A stretch of 64,000 nucleotides of DNA from Scenedesmus sp. PABB004 (taxonomy: Eukaryota). Positions within the stretch are counted from its first letter, which is position 1; every line of letters begins with the position of its first letter. A program made the translations under genes and the position numbers. The notes under the pieces are model-generated. The model ran no database searches. It was not told where the DNA came from and saw only the letters and a program-made list of their open reading frames with translations. The stretch spans positions 1 through 64,000 of the forward strand of contig JABVCE010000041.1 of assembly GCA_014905635.1 (NCBI GenBank), written 5' to 3'. Of the stretch, positions 12,123 to 23,437 are shown piece by piece.

Positions 12123-13807
12123 ATGAAGCTCGCCCTGCTCCTCCTCTGCGCGCTGGTGTCGGCGGTCGCCCAGACCGATCCGTTCCTGGGCAAGCCGTGC
12201 TACTTCGCCGTGAAGGCGTCCGGGGTGTGCAGGAGCACGACGAGCGGCCTCATGACCTGCGCTTCCCTGTCGACCACCAACGGCGGTGCGACGCCGGTCG
12301 CGGTCCACGCGGCCAGGGCAGCGCTCCCTCCCTGCGCGCTCGCGCGCGGTCCTGCACGGCCGCGCGCCGCGGGGCGGGCGTCACCGCGGCGCCGCCGCTG
12401 CTCCGCGCGCAGGCCGCGGCTCGACGTACGCTAGCTGGGACACCTGCTGCGCGGCAGAGTTTGGCAGCGACGCCATCGCCACGGGGCGCTGCCGCAATGG
12501 CGACGCCGCGCCGGGCGCGGCCGCGACGGGCGCGGCGCCGGCCGCGACCGCCGGCATGGCGCCGACGGCCACCCCGGCCGCGCTGACCGCCACGCCGGCG
12601 GCGACGACCACCGCCATGACTGCCACGCTGGCCGCCGGCGGCGCGGCGGCTGCGGCGGCGCCCTGCTTTTACGCCGTGCGCAGCGGGCTCGCGATGGGCG
12701 CGTGCAGGTCGACCACGGCCGGCGCCGCGCAGTGCGCGTCGCTCTCAGTCTCGGGCGGCGGTGCGTCGCGGGCGCGCGGGCGGGGCGTGTTGCGGGCGCG
12801 CGACGCGGCGCGGCGCACGCTCTCCCCCGCCGCGCGCTGCTGGCGGCGGGGCCGCCGGGCGTGGGCGCGCGGGGGCGTGCAAGCTGCGCTCGCTGGCCGC
12901 ACGGCACCTCGCCTCACTGCCGCCGCCGCCGCCGTCACGCACACGCGCCGCAGGCCGCGGCGCGACGCACGCGAGCTGGGCCGACTGCTGCCGCATGGAG
13001 TTCGGTCCCAACAGCGCCGCGACCGGCCGCTGCACCGGCGGCGCCGCGGCCGGCGGCGCCGCGCCCGGCGTCGCCATGGGCGCGATGACCACGACCACCA
13101 CGGCTGGCCTGGGCGGCGCGGTGCCCGTGGGCATGCCTGCTGGCATGGCAACGACCACCACCACTCTGACAGCCCCTGCGCTCGCGGCGCCGGCGGCCGC
13201 CGCGACGACGCCCGCGGCCGGCGCAGCTGCGTACCCGGCCGCCGTGACGGCTCCGGCCGCCACGACCGCCGCCGCCGCCGGCGGCGCGGCTGCGGCGGCT
13301 GCGGCGGCGCCCTGCTTTTACGCCGTGCGCAGCGGGCTCGCGATGGGGGCGTGCCTGTCGACCACGGCCGGCGCCGCGCAGTGCGCGTCGCTCTCGGCCT
13401 CGGGCGGCGGTGCGTCGCGGGCGCGCGAGCGGAGCGCGAGCGCGGCTCGGGCTCCGGCGTCCCGCTGCTGGCGGCGGGGCCCGGGCGTGGGCGCGCACGC
13501 TGCGCTCGCTGGCTGCACGACACCTCACCGCCGCCGCCGTCGCCGCCGCACACGCCCCGCAGGTCGCGGGGCGACGTTCACGAGCTGGGCGGCCTGCTGC
13601 AGCGCGGAGTTCGGTCCCAACAGCGCCGCGACCGGCCGCTGCGCCGGCGCCGGCGCCGCGCCGGGCGGCGCCGTGCCCGGCCTCGCCACCACGACGACCA
13701 CCACCACCACCGGCGCGCTGCCCGGCGTCGGCATGCCAGGCATGGCCGGGGCGGGTCTCGCGCCCGGGCTGGCCGGGCTGCGCGGCCGCCTGGGCCTGCG
13801 CCTGTGA
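12123..13807 (+). CDS. Secreted protein with three copies of a six-cysteine domain separated by Thr/Ala/Pro-rich linkers
   Basis: Signal peptide MKLALLLLCALVSAVA. Repeat PC(Y/F)xAV...CxSTT...CASLS..GG|RGxTxxSWxxCCxxEFG...ATGRC occurs three times, with introns 12286-12412, 12761-12953 and 13410-13562 at the same position in each copy. TGTAA at 13930. Confidence 0.8.
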
Positions 13808-14426
13808 CCTGGCTGACGGGGGGGGGGGGGGGGGGAGCTCGGCTGGCGCCGTCCCTGCTGCGCTGCATCACCGCATCACTGCATCGCTGTGACTGCGGGC
13901 TTGTTTTGGCGCGCCGCGTCACCCGACCTTGTAACCTGATGCGCTGTGCTGCGGCTGGGCGTGGACGGCGGCGTCCCCCGCGTGGGAGGCAGATCTTGGG
14001 GACGTCGCGCAGCCTCGCAGTGCGCCAGGCGCGTGCTGGTGGGCACGCGCCTGAGTTGATCGATCACCGCGCCCCGCAGCCCGCCGAGCTCGGCAGGGAT
14101 TGGGTCCAACTTACAGCTGCTGCACCAGAACGCGTGGGGGGAGCGAGGGTCGCTCAAACGCCGGCAGGCTAGCCACACTGCTCGCTTGGGTTGCGCGTGG
14201 CCAAGACCCACGTGCATATGGGTGCGTGGTTTTTCTGGCAGTGCACGTGATGCGAGCGAGCAGTGGCGGCTCAGAACGCAAGTGCGCGTGCGGGGAGGGT
14301 GGGAGTGGGTGGCGTGAGCGCGGGCGTGGCCACGCGCCGCGCGCCTGCGGCGGCGCCCTGGTGTGACGCATCCACCGCAACTGCCGCTGGTCGACGTCAG
14401 GCGTCAAGACATTCTGCCAGCATCGC

Positions 14427-14478
14427 GTGGAGGGCTCGCTGGCTGGAGGGGCTCGCTGGCTCGAGGGCTCGCTGGCTG
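14427..14478. repeat. Short tandem repeat (GAGGGCTCGCTGGCT), 3 copies, in a 3' UTR or intergenic region
   Basis: Read directly from the sequence. Confidence 0.7.
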
Positions 14479-14492
14479 ATGGCGCCGCCGCG

Positions 14493-15173
14493 TCACGAGC
14501 CGCGCCAGCGCTGCGCGGCGGCCGCGCCGCCCGCCGCGTCTGCCGCCGTGGCGTCCGCGCCCGCCGCGGCCGTGGCCGCGCGGCGCTGCTGCCGCTGCGC
14601 CAGCCGGTCCAGCGCCTCCATGCTGGTGCAGAGGCGGGCGAGGTCCTGCCGCGTCGCGGGCCCCGTCGCGCTCGCGACGCCCTCCTGCGCGTCCTGCAGC
14701 TCCGCCAGCGCGCCCTGCAGCTGCGCGGCCGCGCCGCGCAGGCCCTGGTGCGCCTCAAGCAGCCCCGGCACCGAGCGCTGGACGTGCGTCTGGGCGTGCG
14801 GCGGCGGAGCAGCGGCGGCGGTGGAGCGTGCGGCGGCAGCAGCGGCGGTGGAGCGCGCGGCGCGTGCGGTGCTGCCGCCGCGGGCTCTGCGCCGCCGGGC
14901 GGCAGCCACGCCGCACCAGCACGTGCAGCAGCCCCCGGGCGGGCTCGCGCGTGAGGTCGTCGACCAGCAGCGCGGCGCCGTTGGCGAGCTTGGACGCTGC
15001 GCAGCAGCCGGCGCGCCTGAGCGGTGCCGGCAGCAGGTGCTGCTCGCAAGGCCCCAACCAAAGCCCACCTTCCACGCGCACGGCGGCGTCGGGGTCGGGG
15101 GCGGGCGGCGCAGCAAGAGCCCGCCCAGCGCGGCCGCGGTGCCGTCTGCGGCGGCGGCGGCGAGACCCTGCAT
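14493..15173 (-). CDS. BORC subunit 8 (BORCS8/MEF2BNB)-like small coiled-coil protein
   Basis: Spliced core LVDDLTREPARGLLHVL|THVQRSVPGLLEAHQGLRGAAAQLQGALAELQDAQEGV resembles the BORCS8 motif LANEPSVALYRLQEHVRRSLPEL (recalled from memory). The N-terminus needs one frame change near 15090-15110. Confidence 0.55.
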   Translation of the reverse strand: MQGLAAAAADGTAAALGGLLLRRPPPTPTPPCAWKVGFGWGLASSTCCRHRSGAPAAAQRPSSPTAPRCWSTTSRASPPGGCCTCWCGVAAARRRRARGGSTARAARSTAAAAAARSTAAAAPPPHAQTHVQRSVPGLLEAHQGLRGAAAQLQGALAELQDAQEGVASATGPATRQDLARLCTSMEALDRLAQRQQRRAATAAAGADATAADAAGGAAAAQRWRGS

Positions 15174-15476
15174 CGGGCGGCGAGCTCCTCCCCGGGCGCG
15201 TGCCGGGGCCGGCGGGCAAGTGGCGGGGCGGGGGGGGGCACCGGCGGCGCCAGCACGCCGCTCCGCCCTGCGCCCTGCGGCGCCCCGTCGCGACGCCTGG
15301 GCGTGTTCCCGCGCGTGAGTGCGGTCCCAGAAGTCCAACGAGCAGCAGCTCGCAAGACTCGCTGCTGCGTCCCATCACGAGCCGCTTCGACCGCGCCGCG
15401 GGCGCCGCTGCCGCGCACGCGCGCTGCTCTCCAGCGCCGCCGCCAGCCTGCGAGCTGCGCTCCCACGCCGCCCGCC

Positions 15477-17618
15477 ATGGCGTTGCTCTCGGCGTCGGCG
15501 GCCTCGTCGCGCTGCGGCGCGCCGCGCCCGCGCCGGCGCGCCGGGAGCAGCGGCGGCAGCGGCGGCGCGCCGCGGCGCCCGGCGTCGCGCGCCCGCGCGG
15601 CCGCCGGCTCCGAGGTGCTCACGCCGCACAGTGGGTACCACTTTGACGGCCTGCCCCGGCGCTTCTTCGAAGGCTGGTACTGGAAGGTGCGGCGGCGGCG
15701 CCGGCGGCGGCGGGCCGCGGGGCCCGGCGCGCGCCGCGCCCTTGGGGCAGCGGGCGCGCCTGCGGCGCGACCGGCGGCGGCGCGCGAGCCCCGCCGGCGC
15801 CGCGCAGGTGACGATCCCTGAGAATGGGCAGAGCTTCGCGCTCATCTATTCGATTGAAGACCCCGGCAACGCGGCCAGCCCCGTGGGCGGCCTGGGCGTG
15901 CAGGCGCGCGCGCGGGGCCGCCCGCGCGGCGCCGGGGCGCCGGGGCGCGCCGCGCCGCGGGGGCGCGGCGCGGGCGGGCGCGCGCAGCCGCCGGCGCGCG
16001 GCGTGCGACGCCGCGCCGCGCGTTGCGCGCCGCGCCAGGTGATGGGGCCCGACGACGGCTACGTCTGCCAGTTCAGCCGCGACACGTCGCCGTTCTGGGC
16101 GAGCCGGCACACGCTGGAGCTCGGCGCCGTGCTGCGGCGCCGCCCGACCGCCGCGCAGCGCGCGCTGCCGCGCGGGCCGCTGCCCGAGGTGCACGCGCGC
16201 GCGCGCCGGGCGGCGGCGGGGCGGCAAATAACGACACTGCGGCGGCGGGGCGGCGGCCCACGGGTGCCACGCGTGCGCCCGCCGCGCACCCGCCGCGCAG
16301 GCCGAGTTTGCGGCACTGTCGGAGCAGGGCTTCCAGGCGACGTCGACGTGGCAGCAGGGCAGCATCGTGGCGAGCGAGGCCGGCACGCCCGGCCCGCCGC
16401 TGTCGACCGTGTCCGAGTGCTCCTGGGCGCTCTCCATCACGCCGCGCGTGGGCTGGGGCGACGCGCCCGCGGCGCAGCGCGGCGCGGGCGCGGGCGGCAG
16501 CCAGCGCGCCACCGCCGGCTGGCTCAGCATGCTCAGCGTGTTCGAGCCGCACTGGCAGGTGCGGCGGCGCGCCAGCGCGGCCCCCGCCGCGCCCGCCGCC
16601 GCGCCGCCGCCGCGCCCGCTGGGCGATCGAGCAGCTGCGCCCGCCGCGCCGCCGCGCTGCGCCGCCGCGGCCGCCCGCCAGGTGCTCATGGCCGAGGGCA
16701 GCGCCAGCGGCTGGCTGCAGTGGGGCGCGCAGCGATACGAGTTCAGCGGCGCGCCGGCCTACGCGGAGAAGAACTGGGGCGGCGGCTTCCCGAGCAGGTG
16801 GATCTGGGTGCAGTGCAACACGTTCGAGTGAGCACCGCGCGGCGCAGCGCGCGCAGCGCGCGGCGGCGAGCAAGCGCGGCGCGGCGGCGCCGGGGCTTGC
16901 CTCACGACGCCGCGCGCCCGCCGCCGCCCCGCCAGCGTGCCCGGCCTGTCGGTGACGGCGGTCGGCGCGCGGCGGCAGCTGCTGCTCGGCCTGCAGGTGC
17001 GGCGGCGCGGGGCACGCGGGCGCCGCCCGCCCCGCACCGGCGCCGGCGCGCGTGCTGCCAGCTGCCGCCGGCAGCTCGCTGCCGCGAGCGCCCCCACTGA
17101 CGCACCGCCGCCGCCGCGGCGCTCGCCGCCAGGGCGCAGAGGAGGACGTCGGTATGCTTGGCATCCACCTGCCGGACGGGGAGTTTGTGGAGCTCGTGCC
17201 CTGGGCTGGCGAGGTCGAGTGGTCGGCCGACCCCTGGGGCCGCTGGTGGCTGCGCGGCCGCGGGCGGCGCCACGAGGCGGTGCTCGAGGCGAGCTGCGCG
17301 CCGGGCGCGGGCGCCGTGCTGCGCGCGCCGACGGCGGACGCGGGGCTGTCGCCGCACTGCAAGGACACGTTCTTCGGGACGGCGCGCCTGCGTGTGTGGG
17401 CGCTCGACGGCGGCGGCCGGCTGCCCGCGGGCGCGGCGCCGCTCGTCGACGCGACGTCGACGACCGCGGCGCTCGAGGTCGGCGGCGGGCCCTGGTGGGC
17501 GCCCTGGAGCGCCAAGGCTGCGATGCTGGAGCCGTTCAGGAGCCTCGTGCAGCTGCCCATCGACGCGGGCGCGCTCAGCCGCGGCCTGCCCGACCTGCTC
17601 AAGCCGCCGGGGCTCTGA
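15477..17618 (+). CDS. VTE1: Tocopherol cyclase, chloroplastic
   Basis: TPHSGYHFDG..RRFFEGWYWK|VTIPE..QSFALIYSIEDP, GVQ|VMGPDDGY, ATAGWLS...VFEPHWQ|VLMAEG.ASGWLQW, PAYAEKNWGGGFPSRWIWVQCN, ALEVGGGPW, plus a Ser/Arg-rich transit peptide. Confidence 0.96.
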
Positions 17619-18020
17619 GCGAGCGCCCCGGGGCGGCCGGGGCGAGAGGACGTTGCTGGCGCGCGGGCGCCGGGGCGGCGCTTGCGGAAACACGCCCCCT
17701 GCGCGCGCCGCGGCATTCGCTGGTGAACCGCCGCCAACGCCGCCGCTGCGGCCATTCGCCATTCAACAAGCGGATTGGCGCGCAGCGCGCGATCGCCTCC
17801 CTCACTCATCGCCGCCGCCGCGTCGCGGCCGCCAGCGCGCTCGCCGCCGCCTGCGCGCGCTGCTCCTGGTGGCGCTGCACCCACGATTATGGCTGACCCC
17901 TTGCGCTGATCACTGAGCAGCAAGGAGCGGGCGTGCGAAGCGGCCCGCCCCGAGCAGCGCCCCTCGCTGCTCGCGAGCCGCCGCCGCGCGCCGCCTCGCC
18001 GCCTGCACGCGGCCGTCGTG

Positions 18021-18903
18021 ATGCGGGCCCTCGTGCGTGGCGTGGCGAGCAGCTTTGAGCGCGCGCTGTCGAGCGGCGGCGCGGCGATCTCGCTGGCGCT
18101 CGCGCTCGAGCAGCACGCGGCCTACGTGGACCTCCTGAAGCGCCTGCTCGGCGCCGGCAGCGTCATCCAGCTGCCCGCCGACGACGCGCACCCTGGTGCG
18201 TCGCCAGCGCGCGCGCCTCCGCGGCCGGCCCGCGCCGGCCCCGACGCCCCCGCGCTCGCCGCCCCCCGCGCCGCCAGACTGCTGCTTTGTCGAGGACACC
18301 GCGGTCGTGGCGGGCCGCACCGCGGTCGTCGCGCGCATCGGCACGCCCTCGCGCGCGGGCGAGGAGGCGCCGGTCGCCGCCGCGCTGGCGGGGCTCGGCT
18401 ACGAGCTCGCGCACCTGCCGCCGGGCGCGGCGCTCGACGGCGGCGACGTGCTGCAGCTGCCGGGGAGCGGCGACGTCGTGGTCGGGCTCTCGGGGCGCAC
18501 CAACGCCGCCGGCGCGGCCGCGCTCGCGTCCGCGCTGCCGGGCCGCGCTGTGCACGCCGTGCGCGTCGCCCAGGGGCTGCACCTCAAGTCGGCGTGCTCC
18601 CCGCTCGACGCGCGCACGCTGCTGGTCGCCGACTCGCCCGCGGGGCGCGGCGTGGCGGCCGAGCTCGCCGCGCTGCCGGCGATGGCCGGCTGGGCGCACG
18701 TGGCCGTGCCGGACGCCGTCGCCGCCAACGTGCTGCTGCTGGGCGACGCGGGCGTCGTGATGCAGGGCGGGTGCGCCGCGTCGGAGGCGCTGCTCGCCCG
18801 GCTGTGCGCGGAGCGGTCGCTGGCGCTGCACACGCTGCCGCGCATGACGGAGATGGTCAAGGCCGACGCCGCGCTCACGTGCTGCTCCATCCTGCTTACT
18901 TAG
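18021..18903 (+). CDS. Dimethylarginine dimethylaminohydrolase (DDAH)-like, amidinotransferase/pentein superfamily
   Basis: ALVRGVASSF...QHAAYVDLL...HP|DCCFVEDTAVV...SRAGEE...LDGGDVL...VGLSGRTN...HLKS...ANVLL...MVKADAALTCCSIL. One intron at about 18196-18278. The Asp/His/Cys catalytic residues are present. Confidence 0.88.
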
Positions 18904-19336
18904 GGCAACCCTGTGCCCCTGGGCCCCTGTTATGCGCACCATGACCGTGGCCAGCGACCACACAGCGAGGCAGGCGCCGCGCTCACGTGCGAGCGGCCGC
19001 GTGTGCAGCGCGCGTTGTGACCAGGGCTCAAGCCGCGCACGCCTGGTCGGCAGTAACCCCTCTGCCCGCGCCTTGCTCCCGGCGTCAGACTGCGCCCGCC
19101 CAGGCGGGTGGGGGGCCAGGCACGCCCCGGGCAGAGGGAGCGGCGGCGAGCGCGGCGCCAACCGCCGCTCGCCGCCACGCCGCTCGCCCGCGCCGCTCGC
19201 CCGCGGCGCCCAGCCAGCGAGGCGCCGAGGGGCGTGCGCGCGACTCGCTCGCACCCGGCCGCCCGCGGCCGCGGCACACACGGCAGCGGCGCAGCAGCGG
19301 GACGGCGGCACACAGCGGCGGCGCAGCAGCTTTCCG

Positions 19337-22122
19337 ATGCCGCACGACACGGCGTGCGTGGTGTGTTGCCATGGCTACAATTCGACGACGCGGCGGCCTC
19401 TGGATCTGGGGTGCGAGGCGGCGCGCCAACCGCCGCTCGCGCGGGCCGCGCGCAGCACGCCCGCATGCCGGCGAGGCGGCCAGCTGGGCGCCGCTGCGCG
19501 CCAGCCGCCGCTCGCGCGGGCCGCGTGCAGCACGCGGGTCCAGCGCGCCCCGCACGCCGCGCAGGTGCGGGCACTGCGTGTGCGAGGTGTGCTTCTCGGC
19601 CAGCCGGCTCAAGGTCTGTGTCGAGTGCCGGCAGCCCGCGGACCGCCCGCACCTCGCGTACGCGCTCATGCGGATCGTGGCCTGCATCTCCCCGTCCAGC
19701 CCCACCTCCTTCCCCATCGGTGCGCAGCGCGCTGTGGACCAGCGGGCACGCGGGGGCGCGCACACGCGCGCGCCGGGCGCGAGAGCGCGAGCGCGCGCCG
19801 CCGCCGCCGCGCGCAGGCTGCGCCGCGGACGACGCCGGCGACGACGCGCCCGGCACGCCGCCGCGCCCCTCGGCGCCCGTGATGGAGGTGCGGGGCGCGC
19901 GCGCGCGCGCTGCTGGCCCGCGTCCGGCGCCGCGCGCAGCGCTCACACGGCGGCCACCGCTGCCGCCGGCGGCCAGATTGAGGCGTGGGAGAGCGGCAGC
20001 AGCGGCTCCGGCGGGGGCGCCGGCGCCAGCAGCAGCGGCGGCGGCGCGCAGCTGAGCCAGTCCGCCGGCAGCAGGGGTGGCGTCGTCGGCGCGCCGTCGG
20101 CGCCAGGCAGCCGCGGCACGTCGGGCGGCGGCAGCAGCGCCGGCGCGGCGTCGCCGGCGCTCAGCTCGCACCCGCTGGCGCCGACGGACGGCCTCGGCTG
20201 GCCCGCCGCCCCCCTGGGCGGCGCGGCCGCGCCTGGCACTCGGGCAGCGCTGGCGGGTCTGAGCGGCGGCGGCGCGCGCGCGTCGCACGAGCTGCTGGCG
20301 AGCTTTCCCGTGGATGATGCCGACCTGGACTGCCTGCCGCTGTCGCCCGCCGGCAGCGACGACGGCGAGGCGCGGCGGCCCGGCGGCGAGGCCGGCAGTG
20401 ATGCGCGCGCCGCGCTGGCGGCCAGCCGCGCGCTCTCGGCGGCGCAGGGCGCGCTGCTCGGCCTCGCCCAGCAGCTGGTGATCTCGCCGCACCGCCTCTT
20501 CGAGCAGCAGCCTGGCGAAGGGCAAGGTGCGGCGCAGGCGGGCCACGCAGGCCGCCGGCAGCCCGGCAGGGCGGCGCACGCGGGGGCGCGGCGGCCGGCC
20601 GGCCGGCCGACCCCTCGCCGCTCGCCCGTGCTGCCCGCGCTGCGCAGGCTGGCCGGCGTCAGGGCCGAGCCTGCTGCTCGCGGTGGCGGCCGCCGGCTGC
20701 CGCGCGTGGGCCGGTTTCAGCGTCGCGCTGTCCTCCACGCTGCAGGTGGTGCGCGGCGAGCAGCTGCGCCTGGTGGGCTTGCTGGATCGCTGCCTCGCCG
20801 CGCATGGCCTGCCCGGCGCAGGCAACATCGCCGCGTGCGTGCTCGGCACGTGGGCGGTCGGCGTGCTGCTGCACCACAGGCAGCTGGCGCTGCACGTGCT
20901 GCCGCTCGGCGCTGGCGGGCTCGCGCTGGCTGCGGCGGCAGCCATGCCCGAGGCCGGGCTCTGGCCGGCTCGGGCAGCGTGTGGCCTTCTTGCGGCTGAC
21001 GTGCTGCTGCTGGGCCTGCTCGCCGCAGTGTGGCGGGGCGGCGGCGGCCTGCACGCCGCACTTGCGGCGGCCACGCCGGCCGTGCTGGCGGTCGCGGGGC
21101 TCCTGTGCGCTGCGCAGGTGGTCGTCGAGGTGCTCGGCCGGGGCTGGGCAGACGCGCAGCAGTTGCGCTTTGCGTCGCTCGTCTGCCGCGCCTGGGCGGT
21201 CACGGCGGCGGCGGCCGCGGGCGGCCGCCCCCTGACCGCCATCGCCTGGGCGCAAAAGGTGGCCCTGCTGCTCGAGGCGCCGCTGCTGGTGCGGCATGCG
21301 GCGCTCCTGTGGCCCGGCGGAGCGGGCGCCGCGCGGCGGCGCGCCGGCGCGGGCGGTGCGCACGGGCGAGGGGCGGCCGAGCAGGCGGGCAGCGGTGTGT
21401 CCGCGTGGCTGATGTGCACGCACGCGCTGCTGCAGCTTCTTTTGTTAATGTACGTGCCGCCCGCGCCGCTGGCGGCGGCGGCGTGGCTGCCCGCGCCCGT
21501 GCGCGGCGGCCTGGCCTGGGCTGCGCGCGTGCTGCTGTGCGGCTGCCTCGCGCAGGCTGCCCTGAACGCAGGGGCCGGCGGCGGCTCCGGCCTGCCGACG
21601 GGCGGCGTGGCGCTGCCGCCCGCGCGGCGCGGTGACGGTGATCGGCCGGGCAGCGCATGCGGCGAGCGAGCGGCCGCCGACTGCTGCGGCGGCGGGCCGG
21701 CGGCCGCCGACGGCTGCGGCGCGACGAGCAGCAGCCTGCAGCTGGCGGCGCCGGGGAGCTGGGACCTCGCGCTGCCCAGCCGCGCCGCGACCAGCAGCAG
21801 CGGCGGCGGGGCTGCCGCGGCACTCGCGGCCGGCGGCCGGCTCGCGGCGGCCGCCGGCGGCGCCGCGGCGCTCGCGCGGCAGCACGCGGTGCACCTGCTC
21901 CTGCTGGCGGCGGCCGCGGCGGGTGACGAGTTCATTGCTGCGGTGCCCTCGGCCGGCGCGGTGCGCGCCGCGTGGCACGCGCTCGTGACGCGCGCGCTCG
22001 TCGCCATGTTTGCGTGCGAGCTCGTCGCGGCGGCGCTGAGCGAGGCGGCGCTCGTGCGGCGGCTCCGGGGCGCCGGCGCCCTCGCGTGGGGCAGCTGCGA
22101 CGTGCCGCGGCGCTGCGAGTGA
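19337..22122 (+). CDS. RING-HC finger protein with a C-terminal multi-pass hydrophobic region (putative membrane E3 ligase)
   Basis: CVVC...TRRPLDLG|CGHCVCEVC...CVECR (C3HC4). Exons join in frame through the intron at about 20527-20647 into a long exon with many hydrophobic segments. Confidence 0.7.
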
Positions 22123-22491
22123 CGCGCATCGTCTGTCGGTTTTGCGAGGAGGCGCCCGCGCTGCGAGATGTGCGGCGCGGCAGGCAGCAGCAACAGTGCG
22201 CGGCGGGCGGTAGGCAGGTGCAGGGCGGGCGGGTGCCCGCGTGGGTAGGGCGTTTTGCGGCGGGACGCGTGGAGCGATGGCACGCGGGGCAGCGCTGCGG
22301 CGGGGTGGCAGCCTCAGAGGTTACCAAGCCCACCCCGCCGCACTGGCCGCTCGCCGCGCAGCGCCGACCCCGTGCCCGCGCCGCCGCCGCGCGCGCCTCC
22401 GGCTGCCGCGCCGCCGCGCCCCGCTGCGCGCGCCCGCCGGGCACCGCCGCGCGGTCGACCGCGCGGCGGCCGCGACGTCGCGGCCGGCCGT

Positions 22492-22888
22492 TCACTTGTT
22501 CTGGGCCTCGCACTCGTCGAGCCAGTCGTGGTATACGTCGATCGCCTCGCTGAGGTGGTGGATGTTGGCGGTGAAGCTCTCGCGGCACGCCACGCACGAG
22601 ACCGTGCCGCGGCTCATCTCCCAGTCCATCTCGCAGTACACCGTCTTGCTGCTGTTGCAGAAGGGGCAGTTGAACTGCTCCTCCAGCTTCGGCGCCGCCT
22701 GCGCGGGCCGGGCGCGCGGGCGCGCGGGCGCGCGCGGGCAGGCGGTCGGCGACCGGCGCCGCTGCAGCACCTGCTGCTGCACGCGCAGCGCGCTCGGCGG
22801 CCGCCGCGCCACGCCGCCGGGGACGCCAGCGAGAAGAGAGACGCACCTTCTTGGGCGGCGGCTTGGCGCTGCTCTTACGCTTGCCCAT
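22492..22888 (-). CDS. ELF1: Transcription elongation factor 1 homolog
   Basis: MGKRKSSAKPPPKK|AAPKLEEQFNCPFCN...GTVSCVACRESF..NIHHLSEAIDVYHDWLDECE. Confidence 0.96.
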
Positions 22889-23437
22889 CGCGGCGCGGCG
22901 CGCGACAGCAGCAGCGCGCGCTGCTGCGCGGCGGCGCGCGCCGCCCGGCCGCCGCGCGGCCCCGCCCGCGCCGTCACGCGGTGGGCGACGGGCCTCGCAC
23001 TTGGTCGGGGCTTGGGGGCCGCAGGGGCGGCGCCTGGGAGCGAGAGCCCAAGGAGACTGGCTGCTCCCCTCAACGCCGTGCGTGGTGCGTCGCGTGTTGG
23101 CGGGGTCGGACCGGCCGGGGGTGCCGGACAGTGCCGGCAGGTGCGCAGCGGTGCGGGACGCGCGAAGAAATGACAACGACGCGCGCGAAAGCTGGACCGC
23201 GGCCCCGCCTGCCCTCAACCCCAGAGCACCGGCCGGGCCGCGCCCCACAACGCTCGCCGCTTGCGCACGCCTCCCCCGCCACGCAGGCATCCCAGCGACG
23301 CACCCGCCGGCGACGCGGCGTGCGCCGCACACCAACCGCGCCGCGCCGCGCGCCGCCGCGCGCTCGTCCCTGCACACACGCCCGGTGGCATGCGCCCTCG
23401 CCCCTGAGAAGGAGGCCGGAGCCAGGCAGCCGCAGCC

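Noticed and set aside
14427..14478. Short direct repeats as a CRISPR-like array (also 19420-19535 and 52646-52692)
   Set aside because: Only 2-3 copies with no regular unique spacers, no cas genes and a eukaryotic context. These are ordinary tandem duplications.
15477..18903. VTE1 and its neighbours as a metabolic gene cluster
   Set aside because: The neighbouring genes have unrelated functions and no other tocopherol pathway genes are in the window.
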